A model generated the notes under the pieces. It saw nothing but the letters and a program-made list of their open reading frames with translations. It searched no databases and was not told the origin of the DNA. Source: Bugula neritina (taxonomy: Eukaryota > Animalia > Bryozoa). From it: a stretch of DNA of 64,000 nucleotides. Shown one piece after another: positions 13,319-25,500 of the stretch (position 1 is the stretch's first letter; every line of letters begins with the position of its first letter). Made by a program: the position numbers and the translations under genes. Where the stretch lies: assembly GCA_964035545.1 (NCBI GenBank), contig OZ037766.1, forward strand, positions 9,972,722-10,036,721, read 5' to 3'.

Positions 13319-14723
13319 AATTTATATTATCAGTTGTAATAATAATTCAGAATGCACATTATAATGGGGTAGTGAGTAAATGGTTAGGAAATGATTGGAT
13401 TCTGCGGTTAGTAAGCTGAAGGATAAATGATGTCCTCATCAAAACTTCTTTGTTGCTCACTGCATATCCAATTGACCTTATTGTTGCATTTGCGGAGGAA
13501 GAGGATGTGTGACTGGTTATAAAGTTGTTATTATAATAATTAGATGGGCAATACTGTGATGATCTACTACTTTGGTTTGGTGAGGAATTCCTCTGCAGTG
13601 GAATAAACTTGATATGCTTTGTTTGAAATTGATAAACATTTTGATTTAGGGCAATTTGTATCCTTAAAAATGGCCTGCTATCCAACACTACACTAGTTTA
13701 ATAATAACTTAATGAGTTCGAAGAGCCATAAACGGCACTTTGCTACTTTTTACTACTGAATTATACAATTATTTCATCTATAAGACATAAGTATTTATTA
13801 GCAGTAAAAGGATTTCTAAGTCTCCTTGTTTTCTCTTAATTGTAAATTACGAGAACATGTTCAGTTTTAGCTGAACTTTACTATTTTCAGAAAAGTTTTC
13901 AAAGGTAGTTATAGCGTTTAGCAAAGCATAATACTCATTTCAGAATAATTTGGATTTCTTTCACCAACATTACAATATATTTGTAGTCTGCAGTTTACTA
14001 TAACCCTAAACTTTAACCTAATATTTCAGATGATAAAGAATCCAACATTACTTCTTGAATCCATTGGTTATGTAATGGACAGCGCATCTTTAAAATGCTT
14101 CATCTAGTATATTATATCATTTATTACTATCTCAACTTTTCTTCTCCAACTACAAGTAATAAGAGTTTATAATACTACCTTCCTGTGACTGCAACTGTCT
14201 CTTTTGTATTTTAGCTGGTTACTAGGAAGCAGAGGCCTTGCTTGCAAACTAGAATTATCTCCTTTTCTAGAGAGAATCTCTGAAGCCGGTAAGTTGTGGA
14301 TTTTGTGAATTATCCTATTATGTATTTCTAATCAAACATTTTGAGAGGTGAAACTTATAAGTTAAACATGTAGTACACAGATAGCAACTTTTACCTTATT
14401 GATGATCTTCTGTCTTTGGTAGCCTGTTTCCACACAGTGTGCTACTTACTATATTACTACTTGCTACTGCACACAAGCTGTTGGCAGATACTTAATACAC
14501 CATAGAAATGTATAGTGATAAGTCACAATATCAACATACTGGCATATGCATTATGTGAATAATACTTTCATTATTACAAATTTTAATATTGTTATTGCTG
14601 CCTAATATCTTAATTGTTATCAGCTCGTTTATGCAAATAATATAGCAATATATTCAAATAAACTCTTTGTATTATGCTCTCCAATGAATATTGCCAATCT
14701 ATTTAAAACACTATAGGCTAAAC

Positions 14724-17700
14724 ATGGGTGAACAAATGATCAAGTTAACAGACTTGGAGTTTGCTGGTAAAAATATGCAAGACAGCCCTCTGATCCGAAC
14801 CCCTTTAATTGCCCTGAACATGAACACCCCTGGTAAAAAGGTAACACACCACACAGACACACACAGACAACACACATACGCATAATATTATGTTATATGA
14901 CCTCGTTCCGTGCTTGCATTCTACATATTGTGTGCAGGCATACTTTTATTACAGGTCTTCTTGCTATAGATTTACCTGAAGTGTGAAAATTTACAAAAGT
15001 TTGGGTCATTCAAAGGAAGAGGAGCGTACCATGCCATAACTCAACTTACAAAAGAGCAGAGAGCAGGGGGCATATGTGGTGCCAGTGCTGGCAACTTTGC
15101 TCAAGGTCTAGGATTCATGGCTAATCAGGTGCTGAGTGGGTAAATGTTTGTCTTGATAATAAAAGAAATAGTTTATTTAAATTTTAACTATTACATTGGA
15201 TAGATTGATTACAAGTATATGTTCAAGTTAGGTCTTTGGTGCTGGTTAACTGATTTTTTTAAAAATTTTATTGGGAATAAAACTTTGAGCACCATTGCTT
15301 GAATCAATTTTGCTACCAAATAAAAAAACTGGATTTTTATCTACCTTACATTATATTATATAACGTTTTATTTATTAGTGCTTCTTGTGAGTGTATTATA
15401 TACCATCAAGCTGTTAGCTCGTATAAAAACATTTAAAATTTTAGGTTTTATTAGAAATGAAAGCAATATAGCAATAAATGGCATTTTATTGGATAGTAAA
15501 GTGAAGGAACTGTGCATAACATCCATTTATTTTTTTAAATCATCACCTTTTGTATTCAGAGTTGGAATTGTCTTCTTTATTTTGCCAAATTTCAATTACT
15601 GCAATACACCTTCAATCAAACTAGTAGAATTACAATATGAGTATATATTTAGCATTGGGCAAAGTATGATAGATTACTATTATTGTGCTTATATCTGTTC
15701 GCAGCTCAATGTCTCTTGTCAAATGGTAGTTCCCGACTACATTCCACAAACTAAGCTGTCAAGAATATTAGAACTTGATGTTAAAATTAAGAAGGTTCCA
15801 TTTACTCAATGGTGGGATGCTATACTGTCAAGGACTTATGATGGCATAGGCCAGTCAACATTTATACACCCTTGTGACTACAATGTAATGGCAGGTAAAT
15901 GTGTACACCTGCTATTTTAGATAGTTTTTTTAAACAGGTAGCAAGCAATTTGATGGTGGTTCTACACCAAATTTCTTACTACCTGGTTTCAAACAAAATA
16001 AAACAATTGCCATCTACATACGTATCTTCAACATAAATTAATTAATGTAAATGTTGAAGTAATTAACAGGTGTTTAAAGTTTCCAGATAGGTGACAAAAC
16101 AAATTCTATTTAGCAGCCCATAATTTAAGCTGAGTTGCTAGCTCTGGAAGTTATTAAGATGTGTCAAGATATTTACAATCATTACAAAATGCAACATTTA
16201 ATTAGAAATTTTCAATCCGTATTTTATTTATATTGCTTGTGGCGTAAAATAGCGTTAAATTAGTAGTGAACTGGAACGATGATATTTCCTTTTAACCTTA
16301 TGAGTTTTTGAAACTGGCAAAATTTTGAAAAACAATCTGAGTCCTGTGAATTATTACATAATGACTTAATGCTGTGAGTAAATTTTCAAGCATATCCTAT
16401 AGTGACTAAACACTCTAGTTAGTGTATTAGCTATGTACCACCAAAAAGACAGCGATGTACTGTAGTTGATACTGTAGAGATTGTATTATAGGATGCACCA
16501 TAATATGATGCATCATATGGTACAATATTATGGTACATATTATGTTTTGTTGCCACCAGATTACAATTACCCAGTTATCAGATTTATACAATGAGAAGAT
16601 ATGAATTTTATTACAAAACGACTGACAAGATTGTTGGTAGATATCTCTATTTCACTTCCTTTTTTGGTACAATAGCACACAATACCTGTATAAAATGGTG
16701 ATGCCTTGTCCAATTAATTGTGTTACTGATACAACACTGTAATAACAATAACAATGATAGTAACAGCAGTTAAATAATGTATTTAAAAATAATAAAGCTT
16801 GTATTCAGTATTGACTATCATCAAACTGGCAATGCTTAATGCCAGTAATTGCTAATTATCCTAAGTCTATTTTTGTTAAGGTCATGGAACAATAGGCCTA
16901 GAGATACTTGAAGACCTTCCTGATGTAGACACTGTTATTTGTCCATATGGCAGTGGAGGCCTTATAACCGGTGTTTCCTCAGCACTCAAACATCATAATA
17001 AGGGCATCAAGGTGCTAGCCTGTGAACCTGAAACTGCCACTCCGCTACATATCTCTCTGAAAGCAGGTCGGTATATAGCAATGCGTTGTAGTGGCGTAAA
17101 ATTATTGCATTGCAGTAGTTTATTGTGAATACAGTTTATAGCATGGAATTTATAGCTGATTTTAATTTATTTTGTAACAGTTTTATTTCCTGTAATAAAA
17201 TCTAGTTGGTTTTATACTGCTATTAGGTGTATTAGTGTAACTTTATGAAATATTTGTACCTGTATTGAGTTTTAGCTTTTTCAGGTTCGCATTTTAAACT
17301 GTCTGAATATTTTTTCAATCAGTTTGTTGTTAGAGTTTGCCTAACTTTTATATTATTTACTAAAATTAGTTTCACTATCCTTTACATAACAGTTGTATCC
17401 TTGATGTAGTCAGTTATGACATTTTTTATGCAGAACAAATTGAATAACAATTGGATTTTTAAAAAATTTGGTCAACCATAGCTATGGATTGAGTTGTATT
17501 GGTAAATTTATTTATTTTTAGGCAAACCGTTGGCTTTTGAAAATCACAGATCAAGTTTTGTTGATGGTATGGGAGGGAAAAATGTTCTAGAAGAAATGTG
17601 GCCATATGTATCTCATTTAGTAGATAGTTCAATTGTTTTGTCTTTAGAGGAAATTACAGAAGCTATTAGAATCCTTATTAATAGAAATAGTTTGGTAACT

Positions 17701-17838
17701 GAGGGTGCGGGTGCAGCACCCCTTGCTGCCGCTTTGTCTAACAAAGTCCCAAACGGAACCATTGTTTGCGTTTTGTCTGGTGGCAACATTGATAGCAACA
17801 AGCTAGTTACTATTCTGAATGGACAGGTTCCAACTTAG
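14724..17838 (+). CDS. PLP-dependent (fold type II) serine/threonine dehydratase / serine racemase family enzyme; exons 14724-14840, 14970-15128, 15705-15894, 16881-17066, 17522-17838
   Basis: IRTPL..IYLKCENLQKFGSFKGRGA (PLP lysine), ASAGNFAQG, GHGTIGLEILEDLPDVDTVICPYGSGGL, EGAGAAPLAA, VCVLSGGNID. All joins are GT-AG and in phase. Confidence 0.92.
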
Positions 17839-19552
17839 ATTGCTTGGCTATAAACTGCTTGCTGGTGATTGAACATTTTTTAATGAAAAAATTGTACGGT
17901 TGTATGATAGTAATTTTTTGTATTTGAGCAAAGAATTTTTGGTTTTTGTAATTATTTTACTCAGTTATCATACCTAAAATATTTAACAATTAAATTGTAG
18001 AAATTTCAATCATTGCTCTGATTATATCCTGATTTAAACTGAAAATTTGACTAAATCTGAAGCTTTACATTCCGTAAGTCAGCTTTTCTATTAATTTATA
18101 CATAAAGATGGTGCTAGTTTTCTTAAGCTTGTGTAATGCTTGTATCAAATTAAAAGTTGTCACATTTTAAGCACTCCTAAGATACTTTTGTTTTGTGCAA
18201 TTGATTTACTTTACTTTTTGAAGCTATCAAAGACATAAATAAAATATAATAAATATTTTTATTAGCCTTTCGAGCTTTATGCTAATATAATATAGTAATA
18301 TTGCTTATATGGGTATGTACTATGTACATGCAGTAGGTGGAAATATTGGTATTTCTCATAACGTTTGGGAGTTATGTACCAATGTTTTGTTATGAAAAAT
18401 AATGTATTATTCTATTACTACAGGTATTCAAAATATTCCAACTACCCATATTTCAATTTTGGATGAAAATTATTTTTCTATACTTTTTTGTGCTATAACG
18501 CAAACCATCGAGTTAAGATAATTCTAAACTATAATAATTATTGTAAACTTAGCTATATAGAGAATAGTTGCTACTTGCAGTGGCGAATCCATTTTAAACG
18601 TTCGCGTATCTAATGTAAACATAAGTACTAAATATCCGGGTGAGCTCATTGATTCAAGTCTCCATCGAGTAGCTGTCGTGATACTGCTAAAAAGACTAAT
18701 TTTAGGTAACTAAACAAAGCTTCTAACCATTTTTGTGCTTTCTTGAATATTTTGTATTTTATGCTAACGTTATAGTGTGTCCTCATATTTAAAAGATTAT
18801 TTTGCGTTATCATAGATGTGCATGGATTTAAGTGAGTTTCTTCAACTAAATTTTATCATGATGGTGATGATTAATTTTCAAATTAAATACTAAATAGACT
18901 AGATTGAATTATGATTTTATAGTACTTATTGAAAAAATGCTTTGCAAGTTAAACAATCTAGTACAAAGTATAATAATTTAATATAACCTGACGCCTATAT
19001 AAAAACAATTATTAACAATAAATGATTATTACAAGTACAACTCTGAAAGTGAAATAAACTGTCTTAATAAAATTGTTGCTATTAATAATTGAAGTAATTT
19101 TGATTTTTTAAAGTAATATAAAAATAATTTAAATTATTTTTTATATTAGCCCTAAAAATCTGCCAATAGATCAAGATTTATCAGTGACTTGACAACGCTG
19201 TATATAGTTATGTTGACAAATTGTAATTCTTAATTCAAGATGCAATGCTAATTTGTGTATTTTTGCAACAGAGAACTTTTCGCTGAATTTAAAAACATAG
19301 TTATGTTTTTTAAAACTTATTTTGTAATAATTTAAAGGTCTTTTAAATCTATTATGTTTTTTTTCTATATTTTTGAGGAGCCTTACTATGATTTTAAAAA
19401 TTCATTAACCTCTGGTGTAGGCTAAAATGGTTCATACAGATGAGCTAGTAAAATATGTATCATCGATTTATTCTACCATTATCTAGGATGCATTTTTGCG
19501 CACTTTTACAGCTTCTTGTCCTTCAGTCGACTTTTATAATAAAACTTCTACC

Positions 19553-22500
19553 ATGTCCAAAGCCATGGCCAGAAAACCCTCATCAAGAAAAGATGAAAAG
19601 AATAGAATAGTGATGCCTACTGCTGCTATTGGCTCTAAAGGAAAATATATTCCTTTGACTATTAAAATCATTGACACTGGAGAGGTTTTTGCATTGAGAA
19701 ATGTTACATCAATGATGACTGTGAAGGAACTCAAAAGTTATTTAGAATTTGCAACAGGAATTCCAGTAAATCTTCAAAGGATACATTATTTAGATGAAGG
19801 TTTGGAAACTATAAAAGCTCTTAATTTGTATATGTTTTGATAGTCAATGCAAACTACAAAGCATAGAATAATAATATAATTTACAGTTATAGCTACAATG
19901 ATAAGTGGAAATCCCCGCCACTCCTATTATCACATATTCACAATTAATAAATTATACATTAATATAATCATTTTAGGAGAGCTTCAAGAACACACTGATA
20001 TAAAATCTAATGACATCGTTGCTGGTGGCCAACTCCACATGACAATATGGCATACTTGGGTGAAGCTTATCAATGCAGTTGTAACAAATAACATCAGTGA
20101 GGTTAGTTTGTATTACTTTTAACAATTATATAATTATTATATAAACGTGAGGTACACAAAACAAACCTAGATTACTAATCGTTATTAGCCATGTTGGCAC
20201 AATGCTTTTTCCACTTAATACTCTGTTTTGGCAAATTTCTTTTTATTTAATCATTACCGCAGGAAGTTGTTGATACCTGCTGGGTATAAAAACAATTGAA
20301 GATACTAGACATGTGCTTATATTGGTCATCAAGGGGGTCAACAAACGTCAGACTGATCATCAGTTTTTTCTGTGACTGCTGATAACTTCGTTCATTTGCA
20401 TTTTTGATATGATCCTATTCTCACAATCTTCTGTTTGCCTAGAATCTGGATATATTGATTATTATTGTTTTCTAAAATTTTGCTCAAATAGTTCAGGTTT
20501 TTTTCTTCATGTTTTTGCATCTACTCTCAGTCAGGATCTTTTTAACAATGAAGCTTATGTATTGCTTCTAATGATACTATCTCTATCGTGTTATTAAAAC
20601 TACAACAACATGAAACGATCAAAAAAATATTTTTAAAAGCAAATACAAATGAACAAAAGTTATTATTTCTACAGCTTTACAGTGTTTTCAAAATATCAGA
20701 TGTAATTATTTTATTTCAACTGAATGGCTTATTTTGTAACAATCATTCTACTGCAATTTGCATATTTTGGCTCAAGCTGTTCATGACATCCACATTGAAG
20801 GTAAGAAATACTTTGAAATAAGTATAACTTGTTTTAACCTCACACATTGTAGGTGCTGAAACTTGGCGTGACACAAGATTCAAAGTATAGAACACCTAAC
20901 GCAAATTATATGAATGCAAAAGGAGTGCAAGCATGGCTGGCCGAAAGAGCCTTCATTGCATTATACGTTGCTTGCCACCGTGGCCATGCTAAGCTTGTGC
21001 AGACACTTGTTGAGTCAGGTATTTTTCAGAACTAATTCTGGTACTGTTGTTCTACTAAATAGATACTTTTACAACTTTTTTTATATGAAAGTAAGCATGG
21101 TATACTTTGTTAAGCATTTTCTTTATTAAAATCAGCGATAATTTCTATTACTTGAATATTGAAAAATATATCTGTGTATACTGTATAATATACATCAATA
21201 TTGTATACTTTGAACCAGTTACATGTCAAGAACCATTTACATGTATATTGTGGTGGCTCGTGGAGCTACCAGCAACACAATACGCAAGGTTGCGTATTGA
21301 CCCGGAACAATGTATTAGCCAATTAGCTAGGCTGTTTTATAAGTAATAGTAGCCGCTTCGCGCTACTAGTTCAGTTGAGGATAGTGCTGTAAATTAAATA
21401 GACGTGCGTATCATTACTGTTGTACATTAGATTTTATTATGTATTCTTGTATTAAAATATAACGATATCTACTCGACTTAACTCGGTGAGGTTTCTCTAG
21501 TGATAAATAGACTCTCTTGGTGACACATCAACCCTAAATCTGAAAATTATAACAGTGGTGGCAGCGGTGGGATAGTGTATATCAAAGATGGAGACTGAAA
21601 ATGCTAGAATGCAACCACCCCCAGTAGAAGGTGAGCGTAGAAATGCTGTTAATCCTGTGAATCGTGAAGGAGAAGAAGCTTATAGACATTGCTTGAAAGC
21701 TCCTACCTTTACTGGGTCGGAAGATGTCGAACAATTTATACAAGAATTTAGAGAGGTAATGGAAGTTGCTCAATGGCCGCCTAGAGTGGCCCTTATTCAA
21801 TTGCGGAGAGCGGTGACGGAGCAAGCCAAGCCGTACGGAGTGGGAACGGACGTAGACGGGATACTGGCTGCGCTGCGGGCCCGTTTTGGCACCTCCGTAA
21901 TAGACGCGAGGACCAAGCTAGAGAGATTGTGCCGCACCCCGCGGACCTCGCTGCAAGAACATGCCGCGACGGTGAAGAAGCTGGCGCAGATTGCATATAG
22001 CGATCTGCCAGCACAACACCAAGAGCGTTACACCTATGACGCCTTTGTCCAGTCACTAAACGACCTGGGCCTAGACCATCACCTACGAGCTAAAGGGATA
22101 ACCAGAATAGAGGATGCCCTGAAGGCTGGAGAAGCTTACCTGTTGGCTACCCAAATGCATCGAGCACAAAGGAACCCACCAGTAGTTGGAGTCAGCGCTG
22201 CCAGGGCTACGACAGGCTCCGAAGCCCTCCCGCTGGAAGCCGAAGTGGACCGTATGGTAGAGATGCTGGGACAACTGGTAACCATTCTGGCCGGTGCTGG
22301 CCCCGGTCGGGCCCTGCGGGTGCCCCCAACACCTGTGGGGCAGGGCTGGAGTAGCGCTGATCAGGACCAGGGACAGAAAGGACGACCCCAATACCAGGGG
22401 GCGTTAAACTGTCACGGCCCGCGGACACTCTCCCTCCCCGCGGGCCGCAACTAAAGGAGTATGGTGGAACACGCCGTCGTCTGTCCGTACGGACACGGCG

Positions 22501-25500
22501 GAACATTCCACCCGAGTGGCAGGTACCACGCAGGACTAGTAGGCCCGCACAACGGCCCAGTACCTTCTCCCTGCCACTCGCTAACCGGTTTCACCGGTTA
22601 CCTCGGGAAGAGGAGCCCGCCACTGAAATGGAGCCAGAAGGCCCAGTGGAGAGCCCCAAACCCCGCCGGCACCAACCTCGCCGCCGGAAGCCCCGTAAAC
22701 CACGGGTGAAACCCCCGCCGTCCTGTCAATTCAGGACAGCACATGCGGGGGGGGGTGAAAGTACAACCACATGGGGAGAGCTATTTTCTACCCGGAAAGG
22801 TGGCTGGCAACGCCGTCACTTTCCTGCTCGACTCCGGTTGTACTACCAACCTTCTCAGTCGTAGAGTCTTTGAGGCACTGCCCCGCCGGGACAGGGATAG
22901 AGTACGACCGTATACTGGAGAACATGGCACCCTGGCAGACGGGTCATGTATCCCCTTTTATGGTATTATCGAGCTCCCTGGGCGTGTCCGAGATCAGGCT
23001 GTACAGGAGACCTTTATCATAGGTCAACTGGAGGAAGATGCTATCCTCGGAATGCCCTTCTTGAAGCAACACCAGTGCCGAATAGATTTTAGTAAGTCGG
23101 TGGTGCTGATGGGCGGGCGAGAACTCGCCTGTGTGGATAAGTTTGGGCGTCCTCTGGTGGGCGGTGTTCAGGTAGTTCGAAACTGCACCGTACCCGGACG
23201 CTCCAGAGCTACTATCCACTGCCGAGTGAACAGCAACCGGATAGCCAGGCTCGGGGTCGTTGAAAGCGCGCACGAAAAGATCCAACTCGCCAGTAGTTTA
23301 AACCGACTAACTGAGCGAGGGGAGGTCTTAGTGCAGTGCGTCAACCCCTTTACCGAGCCCATTGAGCTCCCAGCTGGGTCAATGCTGGGCCGGTTCCATT
23401 CCGTCCAGGAAGAGGACGTGGGCCCGTCGCTGGGTGACGCGACGGAGGCACCCCCTCGACACTCTATTCAGGGACGAGGGGCAGTCCCAACACATCTCCG
23501 GGAGTTATACGAAACAGCCAGTGGCGGCTGCGCGAGTAACAGAGAACGCCAAGCTATGGCCAAGTTACTACGCGACTACGGTGATGTGTTCAGCAGCGGA
23601 GAGCATGACGTGGGACTGACTGGAATTGTCAGACACGAAATACCGCTGACTGCAGGGACAGTCCCTGTCCGGCAGCCCACGCGCAGGCTGGGGCCGGAGA
23701 AAGAGAAGGAGGTTAGCCGACAAGTACGGGATCTTCTGGACCGGGGACTGATAGAGCCCGCTCATAGTGCGTGGAGCTCGCCAGTCGTACTGGTCCGGAA
23801 GAAAGACGGCAGTTGGCGGTTCTGTGTGGACTACCGCAAACTCAATAGCGTAACCATACAGGACGCCTACCCTCTACCTCGTATTGACGAGTCATTGGAC
23901 GCCCTAGCCGGCAGCAAGTACTTCAGTACGTTAGACTTGCTAAGCGGCTATTGGCAGGTTCCTCTGAGTCCTGACGCCCAAGAAAAAGCGGCGTTTATCA
24001 CACGGGACGGTTTGTGGAAGTGGAAGGTGCTGCCCTTCGGGTTAACCTCCGCCCCAGCCACCTTCCAGAGGCTGATGGAACAAGTCCTTAGCGGACTCCA
24101 TTGGAAGACACTGCTGGTCTACCTCGATGATGTCATCGTAATCTCTCCAGACTTCGAGACACATGTCAGTCGTCTGCAGGAGGTTTTCGAGAGACTCCGA
24201 GGTGCCGGTCTTAAGCTCAAACCTTCCAAGTGCGCTCTGTTGCAGCCGGAGGTCAAGTACCTGGGGCACGTTGTCGGTCGAAACGGCGTGGCAACGGATC
24301 CCGAAAAGGTACGGGCAGTAGAAGACTGGGTCACCCCCCAAGACTTGACCGGACTCCGGGCTTTCTTGGGGCTGGTAGGGTATTACAGGCAATACATACC
24401 AGACTTTGCGGGCATAGCCCAGCCGTTAAACCGGCTCACCGCAAAGGGAGTGACGTGGCAGTGGACTCCAGTCGAACAAGGAGCGTTCGACCGCCTCAAG
24501 GGCTGCCTCCTAACGGCGCCCATCTTGGCCTACCCAGACCCCACTCTGGAGTACATCCTAGACACGGACGCCAGTGACCAGAATGTTGGCGCTGTGCTGT
24601 CACAAGTGCAGGAAGGCCGAGAGGTAGTAGTAGCCTACTACAGCAAGTCTCTCTCTCCCGCTGAACGAAATTACTGCACTACCCGCAAGGAGCTGCTGGC
24701 AGTAATCAAGTCAGTGAAGCACTTCAGACCATACCTATATGGCAGGAAGTTCCGGCTGCGTACGGATCATGCCTCGCTGATCTGGTTGTGCAGGAGAGCA
24801 GAGCCCTCTAGTCAGGTCGCCCGGTGGCTCGAAATCCTAGCTGAATTCTCATACCGGATCGAACATCGACCGGGCAAGAGACACAGCAATGCGGATGGGC
24901 TGAGTCGCCGACCGGACGGAGGTTGCAAACAGTGTCTCAACATCGAGAGGAGGGATGGAGGTCCCCCACGATGCGAGTTGGAGACGCTGGCTCATCACGG
25001 AGCACCGTTTGACTGGGATCAAGGTCAACTCAGGCAAAGAGTTGATGAGTCCCCGGAGGATGTACAAAACCTCCGCGCCAACCCTGTACTGGCCGGTAAT
25101 GTTCGAGAGCTGAAGAAGCTCCAAGAAGAGCTGCCTGGAGTCGTGGCAGACATATACCGGGCCAAAAGGGAAGGGCGACGACCCAGCGAGGAACGCATAC
25201 GACAGGGATGCGCCGAGTTCCGGCTATACTGTCAGCGTTGGGACTCACTGCGGATCGGGCAGGATGGGTTGCTAACCATCTCTCTAGCTGCCAGCGGCAG
25301 ACACCCGGAAAGGAAGAGGGTAGTCTGCCCCACAGCCATCCGCCGTGAGTTGATTTGGGATACTCACAAGCAGGCCCACGCAGGGGTCAAGCGAGTGATA
25401 TCCAAACTACGACTCCGGTGGTATTGGCCGCAGATGGAGCGTGACGTCCGGCTCAGAGTCAAACAGTGTGAGATCTGCCAGGCCAGTAAGCATAGCCGCC

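Noticed and set aside
22461-22709. 82-aa ORF between gag and pol, or double stop-codon readthrough
   Set aside because: It would need two readthrough events. The -1 frame with a slippery site and stem is the simpler explanation.
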